From assembly GCA_049570475.1 (NCBI GenBank), contig CP186953.1:1408001-1472000 (forward strand): DNA of 64,000 nucleotides, in the 5' to 3' direction. Under the pieces are notes generated by a model. That model was not told where the DNA came from. It worked only from the letters and a program-made list of their open reading frames with translations, and ran no database searches. Numbering within the stretch: position 1 is the stretch's first letter; the number at the start of each line of letters is the position of its first letter. Source of the stretch: Candidatus Methanosuratincola verstraetei (GTDB lineage Archaea; Thermoproteota; Methanomethylicia; Methanomethylicales; Methanomethylicaceae). The position numbers and the translations under genes are program-made. Shown one piece after another: positions 1 to 8,740 of the stretch.

Positions 1-269
1 AGGTTCATTTTGCCCGAGACCGATGGCAGCCTGGACATGAGCGCCGATCTCCCGCCCTCTGTGATGTAGTATTGCCCTCCCCTCTCCTCGACCAGGCCCT
101 CTGCCTCAAGCCTCTTCAGCTCCAGCTCGAGGTCCCCCTCCGAGACTTCCCCGCCCGCGCATGCCACGTCCCTGGAGACCTTCTCGTAGATGTGGCCAAG
201 GTCTATCTTGGCATCCGGCGCCTTTATCGCGAGGAGAAGAAGTATGCGCTCCGCCAGGAAATCAGCCAT
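1..269 (-). CDS. Partial gene (runs off the left edge) with an N-terminal winged-helix-like domain
   Basis: Hand translation from ATG at 269: MADFLAERILLLLAIKAPDAKIDLGHIYEKVSRDV...LELELKRLEAEGLVEERGGQYYITEGGRS..., a wHTH-like pattern. GGGGG lies upstream. Not in the ORF track because it is truncated. Confidence 0.7.
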   Translation of the reverse strand, partial: MADFLAERILLLLAIKAPDAKIDLGHIYEKVSRDVACAGGEVSEGDLELELKRLEAEGLVEERGGQYYITEGGRSALMSRLPSVSGKMN

Positions 270-564
270 CGTTAGCCCCCTGCCACCAAAGATTATCTGC
301 TTTTCGCAGTTTTTCTGCCTTTCTGAAATGCTGGCAAAGCTGCCAAGTTGTGCTCCCTGGTGTCTGTTCTGCTCATGGTTCCGAAGAACAAAGGGTTTTT
401 CTCCCTGCCTGTTTGGAAGCGTCGATGCATTCAATGACTTGATAAATATGCTTAGTTCAGCTAGGCATTTTTTAATTTGGTTTGAGGCATTTGAACTTTG
501 AGCCCCGATTCACTAAAGTTTTATACTACGGGGGTGTAGTAGTTACTACTAGGGGGGCATAGTA

Positions 565-1659
565 ATGCTCTTTGATCCGGAGCCGAAGACTTCGAGATCG
601 GACTTCTTCGACAGGGAGGTTGAGCTGGAGAAGTTGGAAAATTACCTCCGGCAGGAGAGGCTGGTGGTGATCTACGGAGTAAGAAGGGTCGGCAAGACGA
701 GCTTGATGAGGGTCGCTCTGAACGAGGCCGGAATCCCATTCGCATATATCGATGTCAGGGGAATATACGACAGCAGCGGGAACGTCAGCGAGCAGCTCTT
801 CCTGAAGGGCCTGATTTCCGCAATGCGGAGCAATATGCCGCTGTATGACAGGCTAAAATTCGACGTGAAATCCGCCCTCAAGCGCATAGATGGGATAAGG
901 ATCCGCGGGCTTGACATTGAGCTAAGCCTAGGTGCCAAGGTCGACACACGCGACGTCCTCAGGGATCTTGATGCTTGGTGCTTGAGCAATGGTACGCGGT
1001 TCGTCCTGGGATTGGACGAGGCTCAGTACCTCCGATATTCAAAGTATTACCCGATGCTGATCGGATGGATATATGATAACCTTAAGGGCTTAGTCATCGT
1101 ATTGGCTGGAAGCGAAGTAGGGCTCTTGAAGGACTTCTTGGAATCAAAAAAGAGTGGGCGCCCGCTTGGGGGCAGATTGAAGTTCGAAATAATGGTTGAT
1201 CGGTTCAGCCGGGAACAGAGCCTCGAGTTCTTGAGGAGGGGGCTGGATGAGGCTGGCGTAAAGTACGGCACTCATGAGATTGAGGAAGCTGTGAATGCGC
1301 TGGACGGAATAGCGGGCTGGCTGACGATCTACGGGCGCTACAGGCGCGCTGGAAGGGATCACGGGGAGAGCCTTGAATCGACCCTGAAGGAAGCCCAGGC
1401 GATTGTAGCCGACGAGCTCAACCGGTTGATCTATCCTTCGAAGGCGCGGTACATGCTTATCCTCCGGTCTATTGCCAAAGGGATGCGCAGCTGGACTGAG
1501 ATTAAGGATTACCTTGAGTTGAAGGACGGCCCAATAACTGATAGCCAATTCAACAGGCTGCTCGATCGCCTAGTCAAATTCGGCTTCGTGGAGAAAACTG
1601 GTGCTGACCGCAAGTATTCGCTTGTGGACCCGATCCTCGACCGGATGCTCAGGCCATAA
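565..1659 (+). CDS. Archaeal ATPase (COG1672-type AAA+ with C-terminal wHTH)
   Basis: N-terminal FFDRE, Walker A GVRRVGKTS, Walker B LGLDEAQ, AGS motif, C-terminal LVKFGFVEK wing. Confidence 0.9.
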   Translation: MLFDPEPKTSRSDFFDREVELEKLENYLRQERLVVIYGVRRVGKTSLMRVALNEAGIPFAYIDVRGIYDSSGNVSEQLFLKGLISAMRSNMPLYDRLKFDVKSALKRIDGIRIRGLDIELSLGAKVDTRDVLRDLDAWCLSNGTRFVLGLDEAQYLRYSKYYPMLIGWIYDNLKGLVIVLAGSEVGLLKDFLESKKSGRPLGGRLKFEIMVDRFSREQSLEFLRRGLDEAGVKYGTHEIEEAVNALDGIAGWLTIYGRYRRAGRDHGESLESTLKEAQAIVADELNRLIYPSKARYMLILRSIAKGMRSWTEIKDYLELKDGPITDSQFNRLLDRLVKFGFVEKTGADRKYSLVDPILDRMLRP

Positions 1660-1811
1660 CCGGCTGTCCCTTTTATCTTGGGCTCCTGATCGTCCTCTGT
1701 CAAAGAACGACTGTGTGCAATCCCTCGGGAGAATGCGCTTTCGAGCCCATTCTGCTTTCACTTTGTGGAGGAGTACAAATTAAGAAAGAAAAAGGTAAGG
1801 AAGGCGTCTGC

Positions 1812-3434
1812 CTACTTCTTCCCTTTCCTCGACCTGATTAGAGCATAGGATGCCCCGGCGATAATAAGGAGGATAGCAACGCCCGCGTAAAGGATCTCCG
1901 CTCCTGGTGCAGCTGCGGCTGGGGCAGCGACGGAAATCGACAGGGTATTGGAAGCCGCGGGCTTGAGCACCTCGCTCTCAGGGACCTCCGCAAGGATAGT
2001 CCAGTTGCCAGGCTTGTTGACAGTCACATTCACGGAAAACTTCGAGGCTGTCGCGTTCACCGCAATGGTGGTTGTCTTCCCGTCCGGATCCGTAACCCTG
2101 ACATTCACTGGAGTCGTCGTTATGAATGGCGTGAGGTTGCAGCTGATCATCACTGTGGCAGGCGAATTCGGGGCGGTGAGGTTCAGCGCTGTAGTGCCCG
2201 TCCTTATTGAGATCGCCGCAGCCGCCTTCTCCCCTATCCACGGGTAATACACCACGTTCTTTGATACCCTGTCGCCGGATCCTGGTCCGCTCCATGATGG
2301 ACCGCTAGGGGCGCCCCACCAGCAGTCCCTTGCAAGAACCAAGAAGGCAGGGTCAGAAGCGTAATTCCAGAGCCCCCCGACTGAATTGTTGTGCATCCTG
2401 CATGCAGAAATCAAAATACCTTTGCAGCCGTCTACCTGGACCCCGTATTGGTTGAATGAGAAGCTGCAGTTGGCGAGCGTGTTATTGTCGGACGAAACAT
2501 GGAGCAAAGCGCCTGCGCCCGAGGCAATGCCTGAAAAGTCGCAGCGATCGAACGTGTTTTTTGAGGACGATTGGACGCGCATTCCGTAGTTGCCGCAGAA
2601 GGAGGCGTTGTTGCCCGTGAAAGTATTCGAGGAGGAATTGATTACGAGCATCCCTATTCCGTTGTGGGTGCAGTCGTTCCATTCGATGGCATTCATGAAC
2701 GAGTCATACATCTCAATGCCGTTGTAGCTGTTCCGGGCGCAATCATTGCTGGAGATGATGTTGCCATTGGATCCACCCGAGACGCTAATGCCGGAGGAGG
2801 CGCAGCCCGAGCAGTTGTTGCCGCTCACCGTGCACAAGTGCGCCCCTTGCAGGAAGATGCCGTACGCGCCGCTCCCCGAGCAGTCATTCCCGATGAGCGA
2901 GATGCCGCTGGAATAAGAGATTAAAATCCCGTAGTATCTGACATCGATGCTGTTGTTTGATACTGTGATCCTACTTGAAGATTGAACGAAAACGCCCGTG
3001 GTGCAGTTCTGGATGCTGTTCCACTCTGCAGCGATCCTCTCTGCCCCGTCCATGCGGATGCCTTGTTCGAAAGCGATTAGCGTATTGCCCTCTATCTTCG
3101 CATTCGAGGAGTTCGTGATGAATATGCCGTGCCTCTCCCCTGCGCCGTATATGGTGCAGTTCCTGATCACGAAGTGGGCGTCGGCGCCCGTTATTGATAT
3201 CCCATCGGATGCGCTCGCGTCTATTACCCATCCCTCTATAACGTAAGGATCCGATTCGCTGCCGCTCCCCGAAACGACTGCGTCGGAGGCTGCGAAGCCA
3301 GTGTTCCCGACGATAATGATTGCGCCGCGGTTGGGCGGAGGATAGGGAGGGCCGGGAGACCCTTGGATCGGTGGTGACTGGATCGCCGTCAGAAGCAGGG
3401 CTACCAAGAATACGGGAAAGGCTGTTCTTCCCAT
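1812..3434 (-). CDS. Secreted NosD/CASH parallel beta-helix surface protein with C-terminal membrane anchor
   Basis: Signal peptide, GSGSESDPYVIEGW motif, repeated GI-x-(S)S-N-x-I-x-N-N beta-helix turns, CWWG motif, C-terminal TM plus basic tail. Confidence 0.85.
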   Translation of the reverse strand: MGRTAFPVFLVALLLTAIQSPPIQGSPGPPYPPPNRGAIIIVGNTGFAASDAVVSGSGSESDPYVIEGWVIDASASDGISITGADAHFVIRNCTIYGAGERHGIFITNSSNAKIEGNTLIAFEQGIRMDGAERIAAEWNSIQNCTTGVFVQSSSRITVSNNSIDVRYYGILISYSSGISLIGNDCSGSGAYGIFLQGAHLCTVSGNNCSGCASSGISVSGGSNGNIISSNDCARNSYNGIEMYDSFMNAIEWNDCTHNGIGMLVINSSSNTFTGNNASFCGNYGMRVQSSSKNTFDRCDFSGIASGAGALLHVSSDNNTLANCSFSFNQYGVQVDGCKGILISACRMHNNSVGGLWNYASDPAFLVLARDCWWGAPSGPSWSGPGSGDRVSKNVVYYPWIGEKAAAAISIRTGTTALNLTAPNSPATVMISCNLTPFITTTPVNVRVTDPDGKTTTIAVNATASKFSVNVTVNKPGNWTILAEVPESEVLKPAASNTLSISVAAPAAAAPGAEILYAGVAILLIIAGASYALIRSRKGKK

Positions 3435-3679
3435 AAAAATTACTCCTGAAATTTATAACACCTCTTTTTTAAATAAGCATTTATCTGAACGTGTTGGATT
3501 GCCTTCGGATTCTGCGCACTCTGTTATGATCCACTGATGCCCGGATAGGGAGGTTGGATCTCTTTTCCCTGGCTCCGTTGGGATTGGCGTAAATAATTGA
3601 AAAAACTTGTGATGGATTTCAAGAATTTAAAAAAAATCCTTTAAGGTTCTATTGCCGCGCCCGCCCGATGGCTGATTCA

Positions 3680-3883
3680 TTAATGCCCTGGCGAACGATT
3701 CCTTCCCTCTAGCCTCATCCTCGCAATATTGAGGCACACTACCCCAGCAAGGACAGCCAGCCTGATGTGGATGTCAACCGGCACGAACAGCAAAAGTGCC
3801 AGCATTATGACGCCAACCAAGAAGTGCGTTGCGAGGTTCTTGACGTCCTTCAAATATGCAAACAGGTAAGAGAATGGGTTCAT
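3680..3883 (-). CDS. Small two-TM membrane protein (67 aa)
   Basis: ATG at 3883 preceded by GGAGG; MNPFSYLFAYLKDVKNLATHFLVGV... with two hydrophobic segments. Confidence 0.6.
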   Translation of the reverse strand: MNPFSYLFAYLKDVKNLATHFLVGVIMLALLLFVPVDIHIRLAVLAGVVCLNIARMRLEGRNRSPGH

Positions 3884-4619
3884 CCGGATCGCCTCCCGAA
3901 GGGATATATCGATATGATATATATAATTTTCCGAGGCTCGTGGCATCGTCGCTCAGTCTAGGGACCGTGAAATGGGCTGTCCGCGATTCTTTGATCCGTC
4001 ACCAGTGGATCAAAATTGTAAGATGAACCAATCTTTGTGCTTGGAATATGAAAGCATTCAAGCAGATCGCGTCAATCAGAACATTCAAGATTCTTGAGCA
4101 TGCTCTTTCCGTCTATTCGTTTGTTGCGATTCTTCTTATCTCTGGGCTGCTTAATGTTGAGCTGCTCGTTTGCTAGGGATATTCACATTCAGCGGCATTC
4201 CCATATCCTCCTCAATCGCCTCGGAATACTTGTAAAAAAGGCGTCATCGCATTCGAGCACCTTCTGGATCCATAGTATAAACGGGAAGGGAGCCGTGGGC
4301 CTTCGGTAATTGGTGCAGCGGAACTATTGGGACTTTCAAGCGGTTTATCTATTTTTGCCGCCTCAAAGTCTCTTTCTGCGTTTATGATGGCATTATTGCT
4401 GTGTTTAAAAAATTAGTTTTAAATATATTTTTAGTTAATATTATAATATAAAGTTAGATTAAATATACTTTAATAGCTTAAAATGCCATTTTATTATTTA
4501 ATTATAATATTTTAATCGAATTTTTCATGTAATAATACGGTGATCTTAAGTATCCTGCATTTTTATAGTAACCCTTAAAAAATCAGTGATTTCTAAAGTG
4601 ATAAGGAGAAAAACCGTTT

Positions 4620-5447
4620 ATGTCCCAAAAAATAAAGAGTCCTCTTAGATATCCTGGTGGCAAATCAAAAGCCCTCAATAAAATTTTGCCTCATTTAACA
4701 TCAATAGATTTTGATGAATATAGAGAGCCTTTTGTGGGCGGGGGGTCAGTTTTCATCGCTCTAAAACAATTACGGCCTAATGCAAAATATTGGATTAATG
4801 ATTTAAACAGTGATTTGATTTGCTTTTGGAATCAGGTAAAGAAAAATGTAGACGAGTTCGTCGCTGAGGTAACCCGCATTAAAAATACCCATCAGGATGG
4901 TAAATTACTCTTTAATGAAATGATGTCGTTGCCATATTTAAATCAGGAATTTTGCAAAGATGAGTTTTATAAAGCCGTAAGATTTTATGTATTGAATCGT
5001 ATTACTTATTCTGGGACAGTTGATTCTGGAGGATATTCATCAGAAGCATTTAAAAAAAGATTTACAATTTCTAACATTTCAAAACTTAAAAATTTATCTT
5101 TATTGCTAAAAGATGTTAAAATTACAAATGATAGTTATGAATCAGTACTTGCAAAAGAAGGAAAAAATGTGCTCCTCTTCATGGATCCGCCATATTGGAA
5201 AACTAGAAAAGAAGGGCTTTATGGAAAAAAAGGGGCACTTCATAAATCCTTTGATCATGAAAAATTTTCTGAAAGAGTTCGTGAATGCAAGCATAAATGG
5301 CTTATCACTTATGATGATTCAGAGCTAATTCATAATTTATTTGGATTTGCACGTATTGAGTCATGGGAAATGCACTATGGTATGACAAATGTTAACGGGA
5401 AGAAAACTGTAAAAGGTAAAGAGTTATTTCTTACAAATATTGTATAA
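4620..5447 (+). CDS. N6-adenine DNA methyltransferase (Dam/D12 family)
   Basis: SPLRYPGGKS, EPFVGGGS (SAM-binding motif I), DPPY catalytic motif IV, C-terminal ELF. Confidence 0.92.
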   Translation: MSQKIKSPLRYPGGKSKALNKILPHLTSIDFDEYREPFVGGGSVFIALKQLRPNAKYWINDLNSDLICFWNQVKKNVDEFVAEVTRIKNTHQDGKLLFNEMMSLPYLNQEFCKDEFYKAVRFYVLNRITYSGTVDSGGYSSEAFKKRFTISNISKLKNLSLLLKDVKITNDSYESVLAKEGKNVLLFMDPPYWKTRKEGLYGKKGALHKSFDHEKFSERVRECKHKWLITYDDSELIHNLFGFARIESWEMHYGMTNVNGKKTVKGKELFLTNIV

Positions 5448-5514
5448 TTTATGTATAATGATAGATTATAATAATATAGAAATTTCATTAATTGTTTAAA
5501 TCATTAAAATATAA

Positions 5515-6435
5515 TTAGCCAATATTTTCCCATTTAGATCTAGATATGATTGAATCTAATAAACTATCTCTTAATTTATTGTCGTAACATGGCAAAGAAA
5601 AAATATGTTCGCTGAGATTAAATAGATATATGCTCTCATTTTTTGAGATTCTATTACAATGTTCTATTATCTTATCGATCATTTCTTCTGATAGCTCTCC
5701 TTGGAACAGCTTCCAAAATAGATAACTCATCTTTTCAGTTGAAAACTCAGAATTTGAGTAAATGTCTAAGAAATATTCATAATCTCCAGTATATTTATAG
5801 ATCAATTTAGTTTTTTGTGCCATGCGATTATTATGTCTAAAGATGCTGCTAGCTATATGTTCGTTTCCCATTTTCTTAAAAAGGTCTTCTTTTCTAATTT
5901 TATTTATTTTTCCAAAATTTTTAAGAAAATCATAGGATGCTTCAAGTAATTCCAACCATTTGTCTCTTTTATTTTCGCTTGGTTTCAAATTTACTGAAGA
6001 TTTCTCTGAAAAAGCTCTTGCAGATATCATTGTAAAAAGTATGATTTTTTCCTTATCGTCCAGCGTTGTCTTTTCTTGACTATTTTTTTGGCCATCCGTA
6101 AAAAATTTTTTATTAATGTATGATAATAGCTTTTCTTCATCAATCAATTTTAACTGATTTTCACAATACCATACGCCTTTTGCAGTAATTGCATAATTTC
6201 CTATACTAGTAAGCGCCTGAATGTAGTTTTTATCTAGAAGCAAATTAAGAACATTTTTCGGGATTTCGTTAGAATTGATGGTGGCCTCGTTTAATAACCT
6301 GAATCTTGAAGTACTATTTATTTCAAGGAATGTAATGAAAACTGAGTTGTTTTTTATTTTTCTCTCTCTTTTAAGTTTATTTTTTAATAATATATAAAAT
6401 TGGTTTAGGTAATCGTCAGAAATCATTTTTTCCAC
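5515..6435 (-). CDS. Hypothetical protein (306 aa; likely start ATG 6426), possible winged-helix domain(s)
   Basis: Long ORF with island codon usage, directly after the SMC-like gene; LLLDKNYIQ...NYAITAKG resembles a wHTH wing. Confidence 0.75.
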   Translation of the reverse strand: MEKMISDDYLNQFYILLKNKLKRERKIKNNSVFITFLEINSTSRFRLLNEATINSNEIPKNVLNLLLDKNYIQALTSIGNYAITAKGVWYCENQLKLIDEEKLLSYINKKFFTDGQKNSQEKTTLDDKEKIILFTMISARAFSEKSSVNLKPSENKRDKWLELLEASYDFLKNFGKINKIRKEDLFKKMGNEHIASSIFRHNNRMAQKTKLIYKYTGDYEYFLDIYSNSEFSTEKMSYLFWKLFQGELSEEMIDKIIEHCNRISKNESIYLFNLSEHIFSLPCYDNKLRDSLLDSIISRSKWENIG

Positions 6436-8586
6436 CTATATCAGAGATTTAATGTTAATTTCATTACCTTTCTGAACAAGAACTCCTAATAAAAGACGCT
6501 TTTCATAGTATAGCTCCTTCATCTTTTCATAAACTGGTTTTAATGAAATATCATCCATCATTGCAATTTCATCAAATAATGCAATTATTTTTCGGTTATC
6601 ATTTTTGATATTCAACAAACTTAGAAGAAATGCACTTTGACTTTGACCTGTACCCATGTCACTGAGATATATTGTTGATCCGTCTTCTGTGATTATGGTT
6701 TTTAAGATTAGATTTACTGTTTTAGCTTTATATGTTCTATCTATGTGTCTAAAATTTCCGATTCTATGAGCAAGATATTTTGAAACTTCATCAAAATATT
6801 TTCTACTGTTGTCATTATTTTTTAAATCATCTTCTTTTAATGTATTATTAATTAAATTATTAAGGTCATTATTGTATATGCTTAGTAATTTTTGACTCAA
6901 TCTATTTACTTTAGTATAGATGATATTTAACTCATTATAAAACGATTCGTATTTGTGAGGTTCCAATTTTTCTAGGCGTTCTTTTTCTGTTTGGTATTGT
7001 TTAATTGTAATTTCTAGAGCTCTCATCTCTTTTTGTTTTTCGCTAATTTCTCCTTCTAAATCTGTTATTGTTTTTAGTACATTCTCTTCTCCTAAATCTA
7101 AACATTCTTTAACATGTTCATTTTTTGGAATTTCCTTTAGGATTTCCGCGTATGGCCCATCAAGTTTTTTTGCTTCGATTCCCAATAAAATACATCTGCT
7201 ATGGTATTCTCTGCATTTTTTATTTGCACGCTCAAGTTCATTCGTAACCTGTGATAGCTCGATATTAAGTTGCGAATACTTCAAGTCGGAACTTTTGGAA
7301 TATTCTTCTGCTGCAACGCTCTCCTTTTTATAAGCTTCTAGTGATTCTTTCATCTCTTTTACAATACCCTTTATCTCATTTAAAATTCTATTTATGTTAT
7401 CATAATTTTTATATTTTTTTATTATACTATTTCTTTTTTCATTTTCTTCTCTTAATATGTTGATTAAATCTTGAATTGTAACATTTAACTTTGATATCCT
7501 TAGCTCAGAATATTCAAATTCTTTTAGTAAATCAAGAATTCTCTCTATAGAACTTACATCCTTGTAAACTGGATTTTTACTAATTTCATCCATTTCTTCT
7601 TGTATATATTTGATATAGTTAGAGGCCTCAATTTCGATATCTGTTAATTCGTCATGTTCAATTGTGTAAGGATTAAATTCTTTCCATATTGTAAAGCTTT
7701 TCTTTAATTTTTTTGGTAAAATAGATTCTAATTGAGGAGTGACTTTATTATAATTCTCTGCTAGTTTATTGCTTAATTCACCTATCTTTCTTTTTTCTTG
7801 AATTTTCTCTCTAACCACCTTTCTCCCAGTTTTATCAATATCTTCGATAGCCTTTTTTATTTCTTCACTTCGTGTTTCTAATCTGGATTTTTCCGAAAGG
7901 TAATGATAATAATACATTATAAATGCTGCTTTTTGAAGCATGTTCAAAAAATCTCTACTTGATGGCAACTCGTCTTCAATAGTCTTCTTTTTTTCTCGTT
8001 GTTCTTTTAAACGTTCTTCAACTTCTTTTAAACGTTGAAGATCACGTGATTTTTCTATCTGTTGTATTGTGTAATGCACAAACATTCCAAAGTCCTTGAT
8101 CCTGTTCCCATATTGTCGTTGTTCATCCCTTAGTTCCTTTAGAAGTTCGGGCAGTCTCTCGGTTGGATTACTTGGAATATCATAAATTAAATTATACTTT
8201 TTTTCAAAATTCTCATAAATCACCGGCGAAAAATTTTCCCCATCCAAACTTTCTTCAACTATGATTTCTGAACTATTAGGATCCGTTTTCTTAGATCTAA
8301 TTATCAATTTATCCAAATCAGATTTTATTTCAAAGGAAAACTGCAACTTTTGATGTTTGGCATCTAATAATGAATTCATTTTTGCCTGCAAGGCTGAATT
8401 GATCTTTGAGCTTTTATTGCCAAAAAGTCCCAATGCGATTATATTTAGTAAGGTACTTTTACCAGACGAATTTGGGCCTTCGATTAAAACAAGATTGTCG
8501 AGTTCCTTGGGTATTTTATTAGGGGAAAATCTGTCTATCTGGCTAGGCCCTGTTGTTCTCTCAATTACATAATCGTATTTTAACAC
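6436..8586 (-). CDS. Rad50/SMC-like coiled-coil ABC ATPase
   Basis: N-terminal Walker A GPNSSGKST, long K/E-rich coiled coil, signature-like MGTGQ, Walker B IIALFDE near the C-terminus. Confidence 0.88.
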   Translation of the reverse strand: MLKYDYVIERTTGPSQIDRFSPNKIPKELDNLVLIEGPNSSGKSTLLNIIALGLFGNKSSKINSALQAKMNSLLDAKHQKLQFSFEIKSDLDKLIIRSKKTDPNSSEIIVEESLDGENFSPVIYENFEKKYNLIYDIPSNPTERLPELLKELRDEQRQYGNRIKDFGMFVHYTIQQIEKSRDLQRLKEVEERLKEQREKKKTIEDELPSSRDFLNMLQKAAFIMYYYHYLSEKSRLETRSEEIKKAIEDIDKTGRKVVREKIQEKRKIGELSNKLAENYNKVTPQLESILPKKLKKSFTIWKEFNPYTIEHDELTDIEIEASNYIKYIQEEMDEISKNPVYKDVSSIERILDLLKEFEYSELRISKLNVTIQDLINILREENEKRNSIIKKYKNYDNINRILNEIKGIVKEMKESLEAYKKESVAAEEYSKSSDLKYSQLNIELSQVTNELERANKKCREYHSRCILLGIEAKKLDGPYAEILKEIPKNEHVKECLDLGEENVLKTITDLEGEISEKQKEMRALEITIKQYQTEKERLEKLEPHKYESFYNELNIIYTKVNRLSQKLLSIYNNDLNNLINNTLKEDDLKNNDNSRKYFDEVSKYLAHRIGNFRHIDRTYKAKTVNLILKTIITEDGSTIYLSDMGTGQSQSAFLLSLLNIKNDNRKIIALFDEIAMMDDISLKPVYEKMKELYYEKRLLLGVLVQKGNEINIKSLI

Positions 8587-8729
8587 TTCTTTTCCCCCTT
8601 GATAATTTCAAGTAGTTTTTCTAATAATAGATCGTCAGTATAGCCCTCGGAAATTAGTTTTATTGTCTGTTTTTCAAAGTTATCTTCTGTCAGTGCCATA
8701 AGAAAATCAACAATTGAATACTCGTCCAT
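8580..8729 (-). CDS. 49-aa acidic helical microprotein
   Basis: GGAGGAGG-AAAT-ATG; MDEYSIVDFLMALTEDNFEKQTIKLISEGYTDDLLLEKLLEIIKGEKKC*. Fills the herA-SMC gap and overlaps the SMC start by 7 nt. Below the ORF-track size cut-off. Confidence 0.8.
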   Translation of the reverse strand: MDEYSIVDFLMALTEDNFEKQTIKLISEGYTDDLLLEKLLEIIKGEKKC

Positions 8730-8740
8730 ATTTCCTCCTC

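Noticed and set aside
6424-6440. Amber (pyrrolysine) read-through fusing the SMC-like ATPase to the in-frame 306-aa ORF
   Set aside because: An AGGTGG RBS properly spaced before ATG 6426 explains the junction as ordinary translational coupling.
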